A stretch of DNA of 64,000 nucleotides from Octopus sinensis (GCF_006345805.1 NC_043008.1:10044001-10108000); one strand, 5' to 3'; numbered from the stretch's first letter, positions 12,919-26,765 are shown. Notes: generated by a model not told the origin, from the letters alone. Program-made: numbers and translations.

Positions 12919-13438
12919 TTACTACACTCGTTTCAATAGCCTGATTATTTATTTAACAATTGATAGTGCATTACATGACACCACGTAACTCTTCTACCAC
13001 AGATGTGCTGTGTGCTAAGAATCTTACTCCCCAGTCACATGGTTCCGGGTTCGGTCCTACTGCGTGGCACCTTAGGCAAGTGTCATCTATTATAGCCTCA
13101 GACGAACCAAAGCCCTGTGAGTGGAATTGGTAGACGCAAACTGAGAGAAGCCCGTCGTATATATGTGTGGTGTGTGTGTGTGTTTGTGTGTACGTATTAT
13201 GTATGTGTACATGCATGTAAGTATATACACATACTCACACACACATATGCATATATAAGCATATATCTGTGTGTGTGTATTTGTGTCTGTATTCGCCCCC
13301 ACTTCACCGCTTGACAACTGGTGTTGTTGCGTTTACGTCCCAGTAACATAGCGCTGCTCCAGTATGGTCGCAGTCAAACGACTGAAACAAGCAAAAAAAT
13401 AAAATAATATTGCGTAACCATGCTATTTCATCAGGTGA
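12919..13438 (-). ncRNA. Type I hammerhead-like motif interrupted in the stem II loop by a SINE
   Basis: Minus strand: TCAC-CTGATGA-AATAGC (13438-13422) ... GCTATT-GAAAC-GAGT-GTA-GTAA (12940-12919). A family B SINE occupies ~13000-13400 between the halves. Confidence 0.55.
13000..13400 (+). mobile_element. tRNA-derived CORE-like SINE (family B)
   Basis: Similar to 42327-42712, with CACCTTAGGCAAGTGTC core, internal (TG)n and a CCAG(C/T)ATGG..CAGTCAAA.GACTGAAAC tail. Confidence 0.8.
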
Positions 13439-13641
13439 GATTCAGACTTCAATTCGGCGAAACACAATCAATCTATAGATTGTATGGATGTTTTGAGCTT
13501 CCATTCTTATTTGTTTATCAAATGATACACTGTGTAATATGTGCCAGTTATACCATTGATACTTACAGAGATTTACAGGATGCCTGGGATCCTTACACAA
13601 GTGTTTAAATTTGTATAGACAGCTATACTGACCCGTTAAAC

Positions 13642-13975
13642 CAGGGTTTCTCAACCATTTTTTACCTATGGACCCCTTTTGATTACTATTTTATTCTGGT
13701 ATAACCCTATTGCCATTCAATATTTAAAACTTCTTTCAAAATTCCTATTTTGTTGTTCACACATTAACTTCTTTAGGTTGAACTATGTAAAATGTTAAAG
13801 AAAAAAAACCTATCTGTTTCTTGCAATACATATTAATACATATACCTAAAACAAAATTTTTCAGGGGCCCTTAAAATACTATTGTGGATCCCCAGTTTAT
13901 TATTTTGTTGTGTTGACCCCCAAAAATCTTATACGGACCCTCAGGCGCCATGTGGACACTAGTTGAGAACCACTG
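13642..13975. mobile_element. hAT-like MITE
   Basis: TIRs CAGGGTTTCTCAAC / GTTGAGAACCACTG. Imperfect 8-bp TSD CGTTAAAC / AGTTAAAT. Confidence 0.7.
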
Positions 13976-14089
13976 AGTTAAATTATTTGGAATACTGGCA
14001 TATTCTTTTGGAGTAACCTCTTAGCTTAATATAACTTGAAGATGCTTCTCAATTAATTTACCAAGATCTTGGTCCTCATTGCATTGTTA

Positions 14090-14474
14090 TCTCTATATAT
14101 ATAAAGCTGAATTGTCTGTGTATGGCAGGTTTGGTAGCCTTCAACTAACACTATCTCCTCCGAGACCCTGCGGCGCAAGTTGGCCAAAATTGATAGAAGA
14201 AGGTTTGCTCTTCCTTCCGTAGAAGATAAAATTCAAATCCGACCATGTTAACACCAAAAATTATTTGCATCAAAAAGGTGCTTTTTTTTCTATGAAAATC
14301 CTTATTTTTTTACGATTTTTTCACCGCTGTGTCACCATTTTTCGGTGTATTTCAACCAGAAAAATGTTCCCTTAAACAGAATAACAAGCTACATAATGCA
14401 AACTGTTTACTTTTCAAAAATTCCAATTCTAAAGGGTCGAAACAAACCCGAGCAACGCCGGGCGATACTGCTAG
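14090..14474 (+). mobile_element. Non-autonomous Helitron
   Basis: A|TC 5' end, subterminal hairpin CCCGAGCAACGCCGGG (14447-14462), CTAG|T 3' end. Near-identical copy at 27343-27733. Confidence 0.85.
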
Positions 14475-14877
14475 TTATATATATATGTCTGTGTACTGGT
14501 GTGCGAATGTATGTATGTGCATGCGAGTGAGTTTATGTAAGTGTGTATTATATTCTTCTACATGCATACGCGCACACATATGTGTGTAATGTTTAGTGTT
14601 TTAGTACATAGCTGCGAATGTATTTTAATGTAAATGTACATATTAACGTGATCGATAATAATAAAGGAAAAGTCAGAATCCCCCAAAACATGACCAGAAA
14701 ATAAAGTTACATTAGGCGTGGCTGTGCGGTAAGAAGCTTACTTTCCAACCACATGGTTCCAGGTTCAGTCCTACTGTGTAGTACCTTGGGTAAGAGTCTT
14801 CTACTATAGTAATGGACAGACCAAAGCCTTGTGAGTGGATTTGGTAGACGGAAACTAAAAGAAGCCTGTCGTGTGTG

Positions 14878-14912
<35 letters not shown>

Positions 14913-14923
14913 AATTAAGGGTA

Positions 14924-15802
14924 CTAGCAAGCAATACCGGCATGCTAACATAGTAGTCAAAATGACCAAGTCACAAGTTTTCACTTAAATACAAAGGTGA
15001 AAGCGGGCAAATGAACAAAAACCCTAAGACCCCCGTATCAATGATGAAAATAATCGGGAACTGAAAAAGTCAGACATACCCGTATCACCGTGATTTCGAA
15101 CTTTGAGAAATACCCTTAGTTCAACCTCAGCGAGGCATACTGTTCCCCCGGGTCGTAGAATTTGTTCATCTCAACCAATGTGTGCGATGACCGTTTTTAA
15201 TGCCGCAGCAAATTTAAAAAGGTGATCGAAGTGAATAAAAATTATATAAATACGAGCAAAACGCCCCTCATCCAATGGACGGTGCTGAATCATATCTGCT
15301 GAATAAAAAGCAATCAGTGTTTTCTTTTCATTAAAAAATAATTAAGCATGCCTTTATTTCAATAAAATTTTTGGTTTTGTTAAACGAAGTTAAGGCAAAA
15401 AAAACTTCTTGAGAAACCAAATAGTCTTTCCTTCCTTCATGCCAAGTTTGAAGAAAATATCTCTTTTGTATCTTACTTTTTTGGTCTCTTAAATATACTA
15501 CATTTTGTGGCATTATTTCAAGCCAGCCGGCTTTTTTTGCGCAAACTGCACGTGCATTTTTCTCGCGTACGCGTAGTATCGATCGCAACAGTTGATGTAC
15601 TTGCGCGTACAAATGCACGTTCCCACGGCTTTATCGATCGTATTCTCACCTGGAATCGATTTTTGTAATTTTTTTCAAGACTTATACACGCCCTGATACC
15701 CGTCGGTATCTACATATCAAATTTGAGCGCAATCGGATGGAGGATACCCGAGATCCTAGAAGACACACACACAGACAGACAGAACGGATTTTATATAATA
15801 GA
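14924..15802 (-). mobile_element. Non-autonomous Helitron
   Basis: Minus strand A|TCTATTATATAAAATCCG... ends ...GCCGGTATTGCTTGCTAG|T. Confidence 0.65.
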
Positions 15803-16724
15803 TATATGAGGATATTATGGTTTATAATAATATCAGTGGAGAGAGAGAGAGAGATCCAATAGAGGTAGAACCAACAAAAGAAGTACGCGAGAGTAGAGAA
15901 CTTCATCATCTTTACAGAGTTACAACTCTACATCGTAAGCGATGCATTCGCGCCATTGTTAAACCCAACTTTCGAAACTTGCTTGAAAAAGTTCAGGTGT
16001 GTACTGCTGTACCAATTCTTCATGACTACGTTCACCTTGCCCGAGTCGTCAACTGACTGCCCCCAGCCCCCGAAGACTGTTCTTCATGGGGCTGAATAGG
16101 TCGATGACGGAAATCTCCAGATACCTACTGTTCTGTGGATGAGGTGCCACTGACCACCCAATTGCCATATTTGTCCCCAAAGATGCGTGTTCCCAAAGGG
16201 TATGTGGGTCGTTTTCAGATTCTTATTCTTCTTAATGGCTTCTAGAATTTACCATTATGTTCACGACACAGCCACATTCCAGAAAATCAAGGCAAATGAT
16301 TTTCATCCGAACAAACAGTCACCGTGTCTCACTGTACTGAGTCCTGACTTCTGAAATCCTTAGAGAAGAGCTGTGATAACATTCCATAGGCTGGGGCTTT
16401 GTTTCCTAATCATAAAGATACGCTTACCCACTGTCAACATATCGAAAAACCGTGCTATTACGAGATATTGTTTGTCCCACGTCGGTTTCCCGTCCACCGG
16501 GTGCGTATTGCTTTTTTTTTTTTTTTTGTATTTTTCTTCCGGCCCTCTAGCAGCCCTCCTTACGAAGCGAACCTGGCCGAAAAACCGGTTCAGTGGCCGG
16601 TTATGCAACAGATTGTACTTCGCTCCATGTTACCAGTAGGACTTGTGAGCAACCTGTCACCTCATACACACACACACACACACACACGGACACGGACACA
16701 CACATGGACACGGACACACACACA

Positions 16725-16755
<31 letters not shown>

Positions 16756-16776
16756 GCTTGCATTTATGTAAATGCG

Positions 16777-16822
<46 letters not shown>

Positions 16823-17008
16823 CGTGTGTGTGTGTGTGTAAGATTTCTTTGTATTTTTATCTTGTTTTGTAGACATCCTTATATTTTTATTGACACAACA
16901 TTTATATATTTTGTTTTAATTTGTTGGTTCAGGAATGCGGTAACAGACACGACATGCCTGATGTCTGCCAATTGCCTGCTATTTTGGCCACAGCTAATAC
17001 GTATTTTG

Positions 17009-17089
<81 letters not shown>

Positions 17090-18153
17090 GACAATAAAGA
17101 AAGAGAACTTTAGAAACAGAAAAACTTTTCTCTAAATAAAACTGGAAAACAATTACAAAACAGAATCTAATTTCAACACAAAGGAATTTGTTTTTAGATA
17201 AGGACAAAACCATCGAAGTCGGTGGTGGTGCGGGTGGTGCGGGTGGGGAATAAACTCTAATACAGGAAATAAGAGAGGAGAACTCTTCCGATGTGAGCAT
17301 CCTAGCAAGACAGGAATGAGAGGAAGCGAACTAGTAACAAAGCGAACAATGAACCGAAAACACTGAACTAAAATCAGAAACGGAAGGGCTGATTTTAGCT
17401 GGACATGATCAATACATAACAGTACAAATATTTGTTTAAATAGAATAATATGATAAAACAGGCAGTTAATATCAACTGCAGACTATGGCATGGCATCAAC
17501 ATAAAGAAACAATCGACAGTTTCAATTTCCGACGGCCCAATTCCTTTCAAATGCAGACTGTATCTATAGATTTTATTGGGAAGGTAGCTATATTCAATGC
17601 GTAATGAACAGACTGTTAAGCATGAAAACTAGAAAAAAAAGCAAGAAGCGCCAAGTCCGTTACGTGACAACGATACGATAATGATACTGCGGAACATGCC
17701 TTCACACTCTCACGAAGAACTCAAAGTGACCAACCCAGCTATCTTAATCAAACAAAAATAATGATCTATTCACTTAGATAAACATCTCAATCCTGTCTCC
17801 GGATCAATACCAAGGGGTTATCAAAATACAAGGGCCTGAAATGGAAATAAATAAAAATACAGGGATGAGATTAAATTGAACCAATGAAAATTTATGAACT
17901 GAGTATGGTAAAAAGAAAAAATGGACATCTCCAAATACATAAATATAATCAAAATTTTATATACGATGCGAAATACAACACAAATAATCATCCTTTATGC
18001 GCCATGATATTTTCAATTCAAAAACAAACACCACACAGTATCTATTGTATACATTCAGTGCAGCCTTAAACAAGCAAAAACTAACCACCATTTTGTGCAA
18101 AGCATTTGATCGTCTGCCAACAGATTGTGCAACAGATTGTGCAAGAGCGCTCA

Positions 18154-18383
18154 TTTACCCTTTAACATTTAAACCACCCATATCAGGTCCAAATATTCTA
18201 CCAGTTTTATATTAATTCCGGTCAGATCTGACCCCTTCATACTTACGCTACAATGTCATTAGAAAAATAAATAGTCACATCATTGAAATCTCGAAGCTAC
18301 GAGATTATGCATGATTAATGCCAAAAGAATTTGAATAAATAAGCGTTGCATTTGACAGAGTAATCTGAATGCTAAAGGGTTTA
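18154..18383. mobile_element. TTAA-type (piggyBac-like) MITE family; copies also at ~40280-40472, 48708-48880, 49960-50192, 50290-50770, 54770-54872
   Basis: Ends (TTAA)CCCTTTAGCATT ... AATGCTAAAGGG(TTAA) with a shared internal ACAATGTCATT..GAAATCTC..AGCTACGAGATAATGCATGATTAAT. Confidence 0.75.
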
Positions 18384-18389
18384 AGGAAA

Positions 18390-18640
18390 TGCTTCCTGGT
18401 CAGACTTTCTCATGCAAAAACAATAATGTGTCTCTCAAAGAAATTGAGAAATTTTCTAAATATAAAGATCTGAAGGTAGAGATAACCAAAATGGAAACAA
18501 TTCCGATAATGATAAATAGATGGCTTTCAAATGATTATAAAACATGAAAACACATGTCCCCACACACACATACAGACATACACACACACTTTCTCTATCT
18601 GCACAACACAGAAAGTAACAGTACTAGGCACCGAACACAC
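18390..18640 (+). mobile_element. Degenerate Dong/R4-like RLE-domain relic
   Basis: NVSLKEIEKFSKYKDLKVEITKM..TIPI and TQKVTVLGT motifs, broken by a microsatellite. Confidence 0.55.
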
Positions 18641-18780
18641 ACATTTCAGTGCCATAGGAAAAAGAAAACAAAAACAAATACACCCAAAGTAAAAATTTAA
18701 AAAAACATTGAACATTCTGCATGGAGTAAAAGATATCAACATTAACTATACACATTAATAAATAAATATCAATAACGAAT

Positions 18781-19378
18781 AAGGCAGCGAGCTGGCAGAA
18801 TCGTTAGAACACCGGGCGAAATACATAGCGGTTTTTGGTCTGCCGTTACGTTCTGAGTTCAAATTCCGCCGAGGTCAACTTTGCCTTTCATCCTCTCGGG
18901 GTCGATAAATTCAGGACCAGTTACGCACTGGGGTCGATGTAATCGACTTAATCCCTCTGTGTTTAGCCCCTTGTGAGTAGTAAAGAAATAGGTATTTCGT
19001 CTGCCGTTACGTTCTGAGTTCAAATTCCGCCGAGGTCGACTTTGCCTTTCATCCTCTCGGGGTCGATAAATCAAGTGCCAGTTACGCACTGGGGTCGATC
19101 TAATCGACTTAATTCCTTTGTCTGTCCTTGTTTGTTCCCTCTATGTTTAGCCCCTTGTGGGCAATAAAGAAATAAGAATCGTTAGCACGCCGGGCAAAAT
19201 GGTTTGCGACATGTCGTCCGTCTTTACGTTCTGGGTTCAAATTACACCGAGGTTGAATTTGCCTTTCATCCGTTTCGGGGTCGATAAAATAAGTACCAGC
19301 CAAGCACTGGGGTCGATGTAATTGACTTGTACCCTCCCTAGAAATCGTTGGTCTTGTGCTAAAATTTGAAAACAATAA
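18781..19378 (+). mobile_element. Family A SINE trimer
   Basis: One head and three tandem bodies; junctions AAAGAAATA|GGTATTTCG and AAAGAAATA|AGAATCGTTAGC. Confidence 0.85.
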
Positions 19379-19766
19379 GAAAAAAGATCAACAAAGTCAC
19401 AAAAATGGATCCTCAAATAAGGAAGCGCCAAACAGGGGATGATTCGGGACAACTTCCAATTACTCTGACGTAGTGCTTGCTGCCCACCTCTAATAGTGTT
19501 GCTAGAGTATATCCATTTCGTTTCACCAATTTTGACATTCTCAATTACCTTTCATAAAATTTACGGAAGGCCGCAACTGCCCTTCTTAGGTAGAGTTTGG
19601 AAAAGTTGATGAAAGCTTGGTCTCAGAGTTCTATCTCAAAGCATTTAACCGCATCATCAGTCAATTTTATTGTGCTTGACACAGGTCTGCAGGCTCGTCA
19701 AAGGGATGATCTAAGGAAAGGCGTGTCGCATAGAAGACAACTACGCTTGTTCACTGACCAAGAATT

Positions 19767-19992
19767 CCTTATTTCTTTATTGCCCACAAGGGGCTACACA
19801 CAGAGGGGACAAACAAGGACAGACAAACGGATTAAGTCGATTATATCGACCCCAGTGCGTAACTGGTACTTAATTTATCGACCCCGAAAGGATGAAAGGC
19901 AAAGTCGACCTCGGCGGAATTTGAATTCAGAACGTAACGGCAGACGAAATACCGCTAAGCATTTCGCCCGGCGTGCTAACGTTTCTGCCAGC
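19767..19992 (-). mobile_element. Family A SINE with 16-bp TSD
   Basis: TCACTGACCAAGAATT at 19751-19766 and 19993-20008. Confidence 0.9.
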
Positions 19993-20294
19993 TCACTGAC
20001 CAAGAATTTCTGCAAAGGTTGTGGCCTCTCAGCATCAGCTTCTGTGTCATCAACAACGTCGTCAAGAAAGCCCCAAGGAATGATTACTGAAAACATATTG
20101 GTCCCTCTGATCAGTGGAACCTGTCCGTTCTACAAGAAACGAAAGATCACATCTTACAATATTTCCTGGAACAAACAGATGCATGATACTCGACTCGATC
20201 TTACGACAATGCCATTTACAGCAAACGGCATCCTGCTACCAATATCTTGCAAGTGGAATTTCATAGACACAGACTGAGCAAGAATTTATCGCTT

Positions 20295-20312
20295 GTATGT
20301 GCGTGCATATGA

Positions 20313-20347
<35 letters not shown>

Positions 20348-20660
20348 GTGTGTGTGCGTGTGTGTGTGTGTGTGTGTGTATGTGTGTGCGTGTATGTGTG
20401 TGTGTGTATGTGTGTGTGTGCGTGTGCGTGTGTATGCGTGTGTGCGTGTATGTGTGTATGTGTGTGTGTATGTGTGTGTGTGTATGTGTGTATGTGTGTG
20501 TGTGTGCGTGTGTGCGTGTGTGTGTGTGTGCGTGTGTGCGTGTGTGTGTGTGTGTGCGCGTGTGTGTGTGTGTGTGTGTGTGTCATCGTGTGTGTGTGTG
20601 TCAGCGTGTGTGTGTGTGTGTCAGCGTGCGTGTGTTTCTGTGCACGTTTGTGTGTTTGTT
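20295..20660. repeat. Long interrupted (GT)n microsatellite
   Basis: Direct reading. Confidence 0.95.
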
Positions 20661-20987
20661 TCTGCGTGTATATCTTCCACCGATTTATATTCGCATAAGA
20701 TCTTTTAAAAAATCGATGCTTTACCGAACGTAATCGTCTCTCATAAACTTTAGAGGTTTCCTCGTTACTGCTTTCACCGTAAATGTAATGAACCAATGAT
20801 TGATCTCTTAAAAACATGCAATCAACAGCGCGAGTGTTCACGAAATGTGATATAAAATGTAAAATAAATTACAAAATAAATACACTGTGGTAGTTAAGGT
20901 AATCGAAATAGAGACCCGTCTATCACCGATGAACAGATGAAGAGCTGACCTGCACCGGTTGGAGTGGAGGTTGTTGTGGTTACATCT

Positions 20988-21220
20988 AAGGTGGCGAGCT
21001 GGCAGAAACGTTAGCACGCCGGGTGAAATGCATAGCCGTATTTCGTCTGCCGTTACGTTCTGGGTTCAAATTCCGCCGAGGTCGACTTTGCCTTTCATTC
21101 TTTCGGGGTCGATAAATTAAGTACCAGTTAAGCACTGGGGTCGATGTAATCGACTTAATCCGTTTGTCGGTCCTTGTTTGTCCCCTCTGTGTTTAGCCCC
21201 TTGTGGGTAGTAAAGAAATA
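20988..21220 (+). mobile_element. Full-length family A tRNA-derived SINE monomer
   Basis: Head with GGTTCAAATTCC B box, central GACTTTGCCTTTCATTCTTTCGGGGTCGATAAATTAAGTACCAG domain, tail GTAGTAAAGAAATA. Confidence 0.9.
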
Positions 21221-21844
21221 TATATCTACCGGGGAATAAATATAACTGCCTTAGGTAAAGTAATACAGCTCAAATCATACTATGACAAATCACATCAGAA
21301 AGAGGGGCCACGAAAGATCGGAGTGTAAAGGCAACACAGCTCATTTTACAACCGAACATAGATGAACAGTGAGCAATAAGCAAGATGGGCTACAGCAAAT
21401 ATTCTGCTCAATACCACAGATTTGCTTGTCCGTTGTTTGACCTTAACCAGTTGAGCATGTCCTTTGGTGGCTGATGATATGTGCATCTCTGATCATGAGC
21501 AGAAGTAGTGGGAGAGCATCATAGCCATGTGTTGAAAGGAATTCTTGGAGGTTTGGATAATTCACCTTCGGAAACATGGGCGTTTTGTTCAACATCCTTA
21601 AAAAATCCTTATTCAGGGACCTTTTGAGCGGGATGGGTTACTCGACCAGAAGAAAATTCTAACTGGGCCCCACCTGCAAGGTCATGCGCTGTTTATCTTG
21701 ATATTAGATCACCATGTTGCGCACATATGGTTGTGATGCATGTGCTTGGTGTACCCTTATCAGACGGGTAGTCATGATGGGTATACTGGGCTTCGTATAT
21801 TTTACCCCAGTGTCAGTTTGATGGCATGCACTGCTCTCTCACTC

Positions 21845-21884
<40 letters not shown>

Positions 21885-23829
21885 TAATAATAATAATAAC
21901 CCTTTTTACTGTAGGCACAAGGGGCCTGAAATTTGTGGGGTGGGGCTAGTCGAATAACTGGTACTTATTTCATCGACCTCCTAAAGGATGATCTCGGCAA
22001 AGTCGATCTCGGCGGAATTTGAACTCAGAACGTAAAGACGGACGAAATACTGGCTAAGCAGTTTGCCCAGCGTGCTAATGGTTCTGCTAACATTAATCTG
22101 TGTGGGTTATAATTAGAACAGCAAGCGTAAAAGACTAGAAAATGTCAAACAGATCGTGTTTTTACTTTTTGGAAACAAAAGATTTTTTACAGATTATAAA
22201 TTGCAGGGGAAAACTAAAGCTAAAAATGAATGATACCCAAACCGGTGAATCAAAAACGACATACCACAAAAAGAAATGTTTCCTAGAAAACTTAAAATTC
22301 AAGTCAAACAGACGAAGTTAAAATCACAAAAGAAATATCATCAATCCAACGGGTAAAAAATTCGGGAGAGAACTCTGTTTAAATTTGCAAAGGAACCTCG
22401 ACTGAGACGAAAAACAAAACCAAGTACAGCAACAGAAAATGCCTGATTCGAGAATATCTTAAAACAAGAAAGTGAGGACTTTTTATTGAGAAACAGACTC
22501 AAAGGTTCGAAAACTAGTAAGGGTAAGTTTAGGAGAAAAACTAAGTTAAAATAGAGAAAACTATGCAATACAGTTAAAGGACAACCGTGAAGTTTTGAGA
22601 TGGATATATATTCTGTAAGTAATATTACAGCCAAGCTCTTAGGCAATGAGCTGACAGAATTGTTAGCCGGACAAAATGTTTGGCAACATTTTGTTCGTAT
22701 TTATATTATATTCTGAGTTCAAATTCCGCTGATGTTGACTTTGCCTTTCATCCTTTCGGGGGTCACTAAAGTACCAGTTGTGTACTGCAGTCGATCTAAT
22801 CGACTGGCCCCCACCTTCCCCAAAAGTTTCGAGCCTTGTACCGAGAGTAGAAAAGAATCGTTAGCATGCCGGACAAAATGTTTGGCAACATTTCGTTCGT
22901 ATTTATATTATATTCTGAGTTCAAATTCCGTCGATGTCGCCTTCGCCTTTCGTCCTTTCTTTTAGTTTCCGTCTACCAACTCCACTCGCAAGGCTTTGGT
23001 TGACCTGAGACTATAGTAGAAGACACCAGCCCAAGGTACCATGCAGTAGGACTGAGCCTGTGGTTGGGAAACAGACTCCTTACCACAGAGCCATTCCTGC
23101 GCGTATACACGCTTGTGTGTGTGCGCGCGCGTGTTTGTGTTAAATATATATAAAACAAATGAAAACAAAACCCGAACTATTATATTCTTCCACCATTCAG
23201 TCATATCGTCGAGATTACTATTTCACAATGTGTTGTAGAAAGTCATCCGGTACCACATCTTCAGAAGAGAAAAGTTTTTCATCCTTCCTATTTCCTTTTC
23301 TGAATGTGTGATACCGAATGACTTCACACAATACATTGTATAATAAATTGCCTTCTCAACGGTATTACTTACTGTAACCTACGTATTGAAGTAATTAAAT
23401 TGGTCGGCTTTGTTATTTAATCAATGTATTTTACTCTGTAATCATTTCAACGGGTACATCTTTGACAATGTGTATATAAACGCTAATATATTATTGAGGG
23501 TGTATTATTTGAGTGTAATGTGATACAATGAGCTCCAGACATATGACTGTGTGTCGTGCCTTGTAAATGCACAATAATAATATATAGATATGTATATTGG
23601 TTAGTTATAGGATTTATTAGAATGCTGTAGCATCGGCACGTAGGATGCCATAACACTGAATTCACAGTGGGGTAAAAGCAACCATGAGGTGTGTGTGTTG
23701 GTACTGTACTGTATCTATGTATGTATGTATGTATGTATGTATATAGTTTATATATATATATATATATATGTTATGATAGATCGTTAGCTCCTACACGCAT
23801 TTTTTTCTCTCCTTGTTTTTTTCTGTGTA

Positions 23830-23867
23830 TCTTTCTGTCGAAGAGCGTAGGCTCGAAACGTAAAAGA
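23830..23867 (+). ncRNA. Minimal hammerhead-like motif (variant core) in a Penelope-like terminal fragment (~23775-23958)
   Basis: TCTTT-CTGTCGA-A-GAGC(GTAG)GCTC-GAA-AC-GT-A-AAAGA: stem I 5 bp, stem II 4 bp, loopless palindromic stem III ACGT, GUA site; A6 replaced by U. Confidence 0.5.
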
Positions 23868-23954
23868 CTTTTTCTATTCCTGAGTGCTATACTAATACAT
23901 TTGTTTGTTTGTACTCCACCTGCCTTCGTCTTTTGTTTATTTTCTTAAACTTTC

Positions 23955-23997
<43 letters not shown>

Positions 23998-24354
23998 TAT
24001 ACATACTCATATACGTATGTGTGTATATTTATATATGCTGATGTGTGTGTTTGTGTACATGTGTGTAGGTGTTTGGTGTGTGTGTGTGTAAAACAATGAA
24101 GCAGAAAAAAGAAAACGTTGTGTGAAATACAGAAATAAAGAAGTCGACGAAAAGGTTTGTTTTTCTTTTACTTAAGATTAAAACAAACAAAAAAAAACCA
24201 AAAGAAGAAAACAAAAAAGAAAATGGCAGTAAATTTCTTCGTCGGTGTGTTGTGTGTTTTGTCTCGCAGCCTAATGATGGTCAATTGACTTCATTTTTCT
24301 ATCTCGTCTCACATCAAATATTGGGAATCGTTTAGTGGTTTCTTATTCTTAACA

Positions 24355-24572
<218 letters not shown>

Positions 24573-24574
24573 GC

Positions 24575-25591
24575 CTTCAGTTGCTACGATGACCACCCTT
24601 GCTAGCTATGCAGATGACACAAAAGTCTCCCCCAATCGCAATACAAAACCCTGAAAATATTGCGCATCTGCAACATGAGCTGGACACAATATACAGGTGG
24701 GCTGAGGACAACAACATGCAGTTTAATGCAGGTAAGTTTCCAGGCCCTGCGCTACTGGCACACAAAGGTAACTGACGTGAAGACTGGATACACTGGCCCA
24801 GGAAGAATTGCAATCCCTGAGTCAATCGTGCGTGACCTGGGCATTGACATGAGCAATGATGCATCTTTCCAAATGCATATTGCTAATCTGGTGATAAAAT
24901 GCAGACGGCTAGCTGGATGGATTCTCCGAACTTTCAGAACAAGAGAGAAGGAGACACTGATGGTCTATGGAAACATTTTGTCCTCAGCCGCTTGGACTAC
25001 TGCTCCCAACTTTGGTCACCACACAATATAAACAAACAGCAGAACTCGAAGCAACTCAGAGAAGCTACACAAAGAAAATCGTCTCAATGCAAAATGTCAG
25101 CTACTGGGAAGACTGAAGGTATTAAACCTCTTCTCCCTGGAGCGGAGGCGGAGAGATATGCAGTGATATACATCTGGAAAATCCTGGAGGGTCTTGTCCC
25201 AACTTGGCATTCAAAGTTACTCCAACCGCAGAACGGGGCGCCGCTGCGTGGTGCCAAGGATTCCAACATCACCATCAAATACAGGTCCAATACTGCAACA
25301 GCTTGGGTTTCAGAGGACCACAGCTCTTTAACATCCTCCCTAAATGCCTGAGAGACTTACGTGTGGGTGGATGTGGGTTTTCTTTAAAACTAAACTGGAT
25401 CTCTTCTTGTTGGGAGTCCCAGATGAACCTACCTCACGACAGGAGACACGGATGCGGGCAGCAGCATCGAACTCCCTTGTTGATCAAGTGCCACGTATCA
25501 GAGGTGGATTCACAAACTAGTGTAGCTCATTCAGCGGTGGTGCCCCAGCATGGCCGCGGCCTTCGGGCTAAAACATTTTAAGGATTTAAGG

Positions 25592-25595
<4 letters not shown>
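24575..25595 (+). mobile_element. 5'-truncated CR1/L2-group LINE (RT C-terminal half plus 3' UTR), frameshifted
   Basis: YADDTK, WAEDNNMQFNAGKFQAL, RDLGIDMSND, ILRTF, SRLDYCSQLWSP, ERYAVIYIWKILEG across shifting frames. Tail GGTGCCCCAGCATGGCC..(TTTAAGGA)n. Confidence 0.9.
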
Positions 25596-25633
<38 letters not shown>

Positions 25634-25714
25634 TATAAAAGTTTAAGAAAATAAACAAAAGACGAAGGCAGGTGGAGTACAAACAAACAGTATAGCACTC
25701 AGGAATAGAAAAAG

Positions 25715-25752
25715 TCTTTTACGTTTCGAGCCTACGCTCTTCGACAGAAAGA
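25715..25752 (-). ncRNA. Second, inverted copy of the minimal hammerhead-like motif (element ~25638-25790)
   Basis: Reverse complement identical to 23830-23867. Confidence 0.5.
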
Positions 25753-25960
25753 TACACAGAAAAAAACAAGGAGAGAAAAAATGCGTGTATATGTATATAT
25801 ATATATATATATGTGTATATATTATATATATATATGTATATATATATGTATATATATATATATGTATATAATATGTATATATATATATGTATATATATAT
25901 ATACATATATATATATGTATATATATATATACATATATATATATAATATATATTATATAC

Positions 25961-26009
<49 letters not shown>

Positions 26010-26589
26010 ATATATATATGCGTGTACATATATATATATATGTGCGTGTACATATATTATATATATACTTTATCAAAATGCACCAAAAATATCACAAAAA
26101 CTATTACTCAGTTCACACACACGCACACGCACTTATATATATATACACATATATATATATCTATATATGTATATATATATATATATACATACATACATAT
26201 ATATATAAAATACATACATACATACATATATATATACATATATATATACATACATACATATATATATATATACACACATACATACATACATACATACATA
26301 CATACATACATACACATATGTATAAATAAATATATATATTTATATAGAGAGACAGACAGACAGATAGCAAATATATATAATAAATAAATATATATAAAGT
26401 ATAAAACATTTTGTGTGTTTGTGTGTGCATGTATGTATATATATACATATGTACATACATATATTAGTTAATTGTTCCTGATAAGAATTAATGGTAAAGA
26501 AACCAGGAATAATTATTATTTCTGTTCTTCATGATTTCTTACCAAATCAAAGAGTTTTGTTTGACCTTACCAAATACAGTTTTTAGAAG

Positions 26590-26731
26590 ATGATGGTGGT
26601 GGTGGTGGTGGTGAAAATGGTGATGGTCATTAATGATGATGATGACGACGATGATGAAGGCGACGACGACGACGATAATGAAGATGATGATGATGATGAC
26701 CACGACGACGACGACGACGACGATGATGATA

Positions 26732-26765
<34 letters not shown>

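Noticed and set aside
19597-20277. 226-aa ORF
   Set aside because: Reads through an antisense SINE bounded by TSDs; no domain signature.
24575-25595. Programmed frameshifting or an active LINE ORF
   Set aside because: Multiple scattered single-base indels and 5' truncation indicate decay or consensus error.
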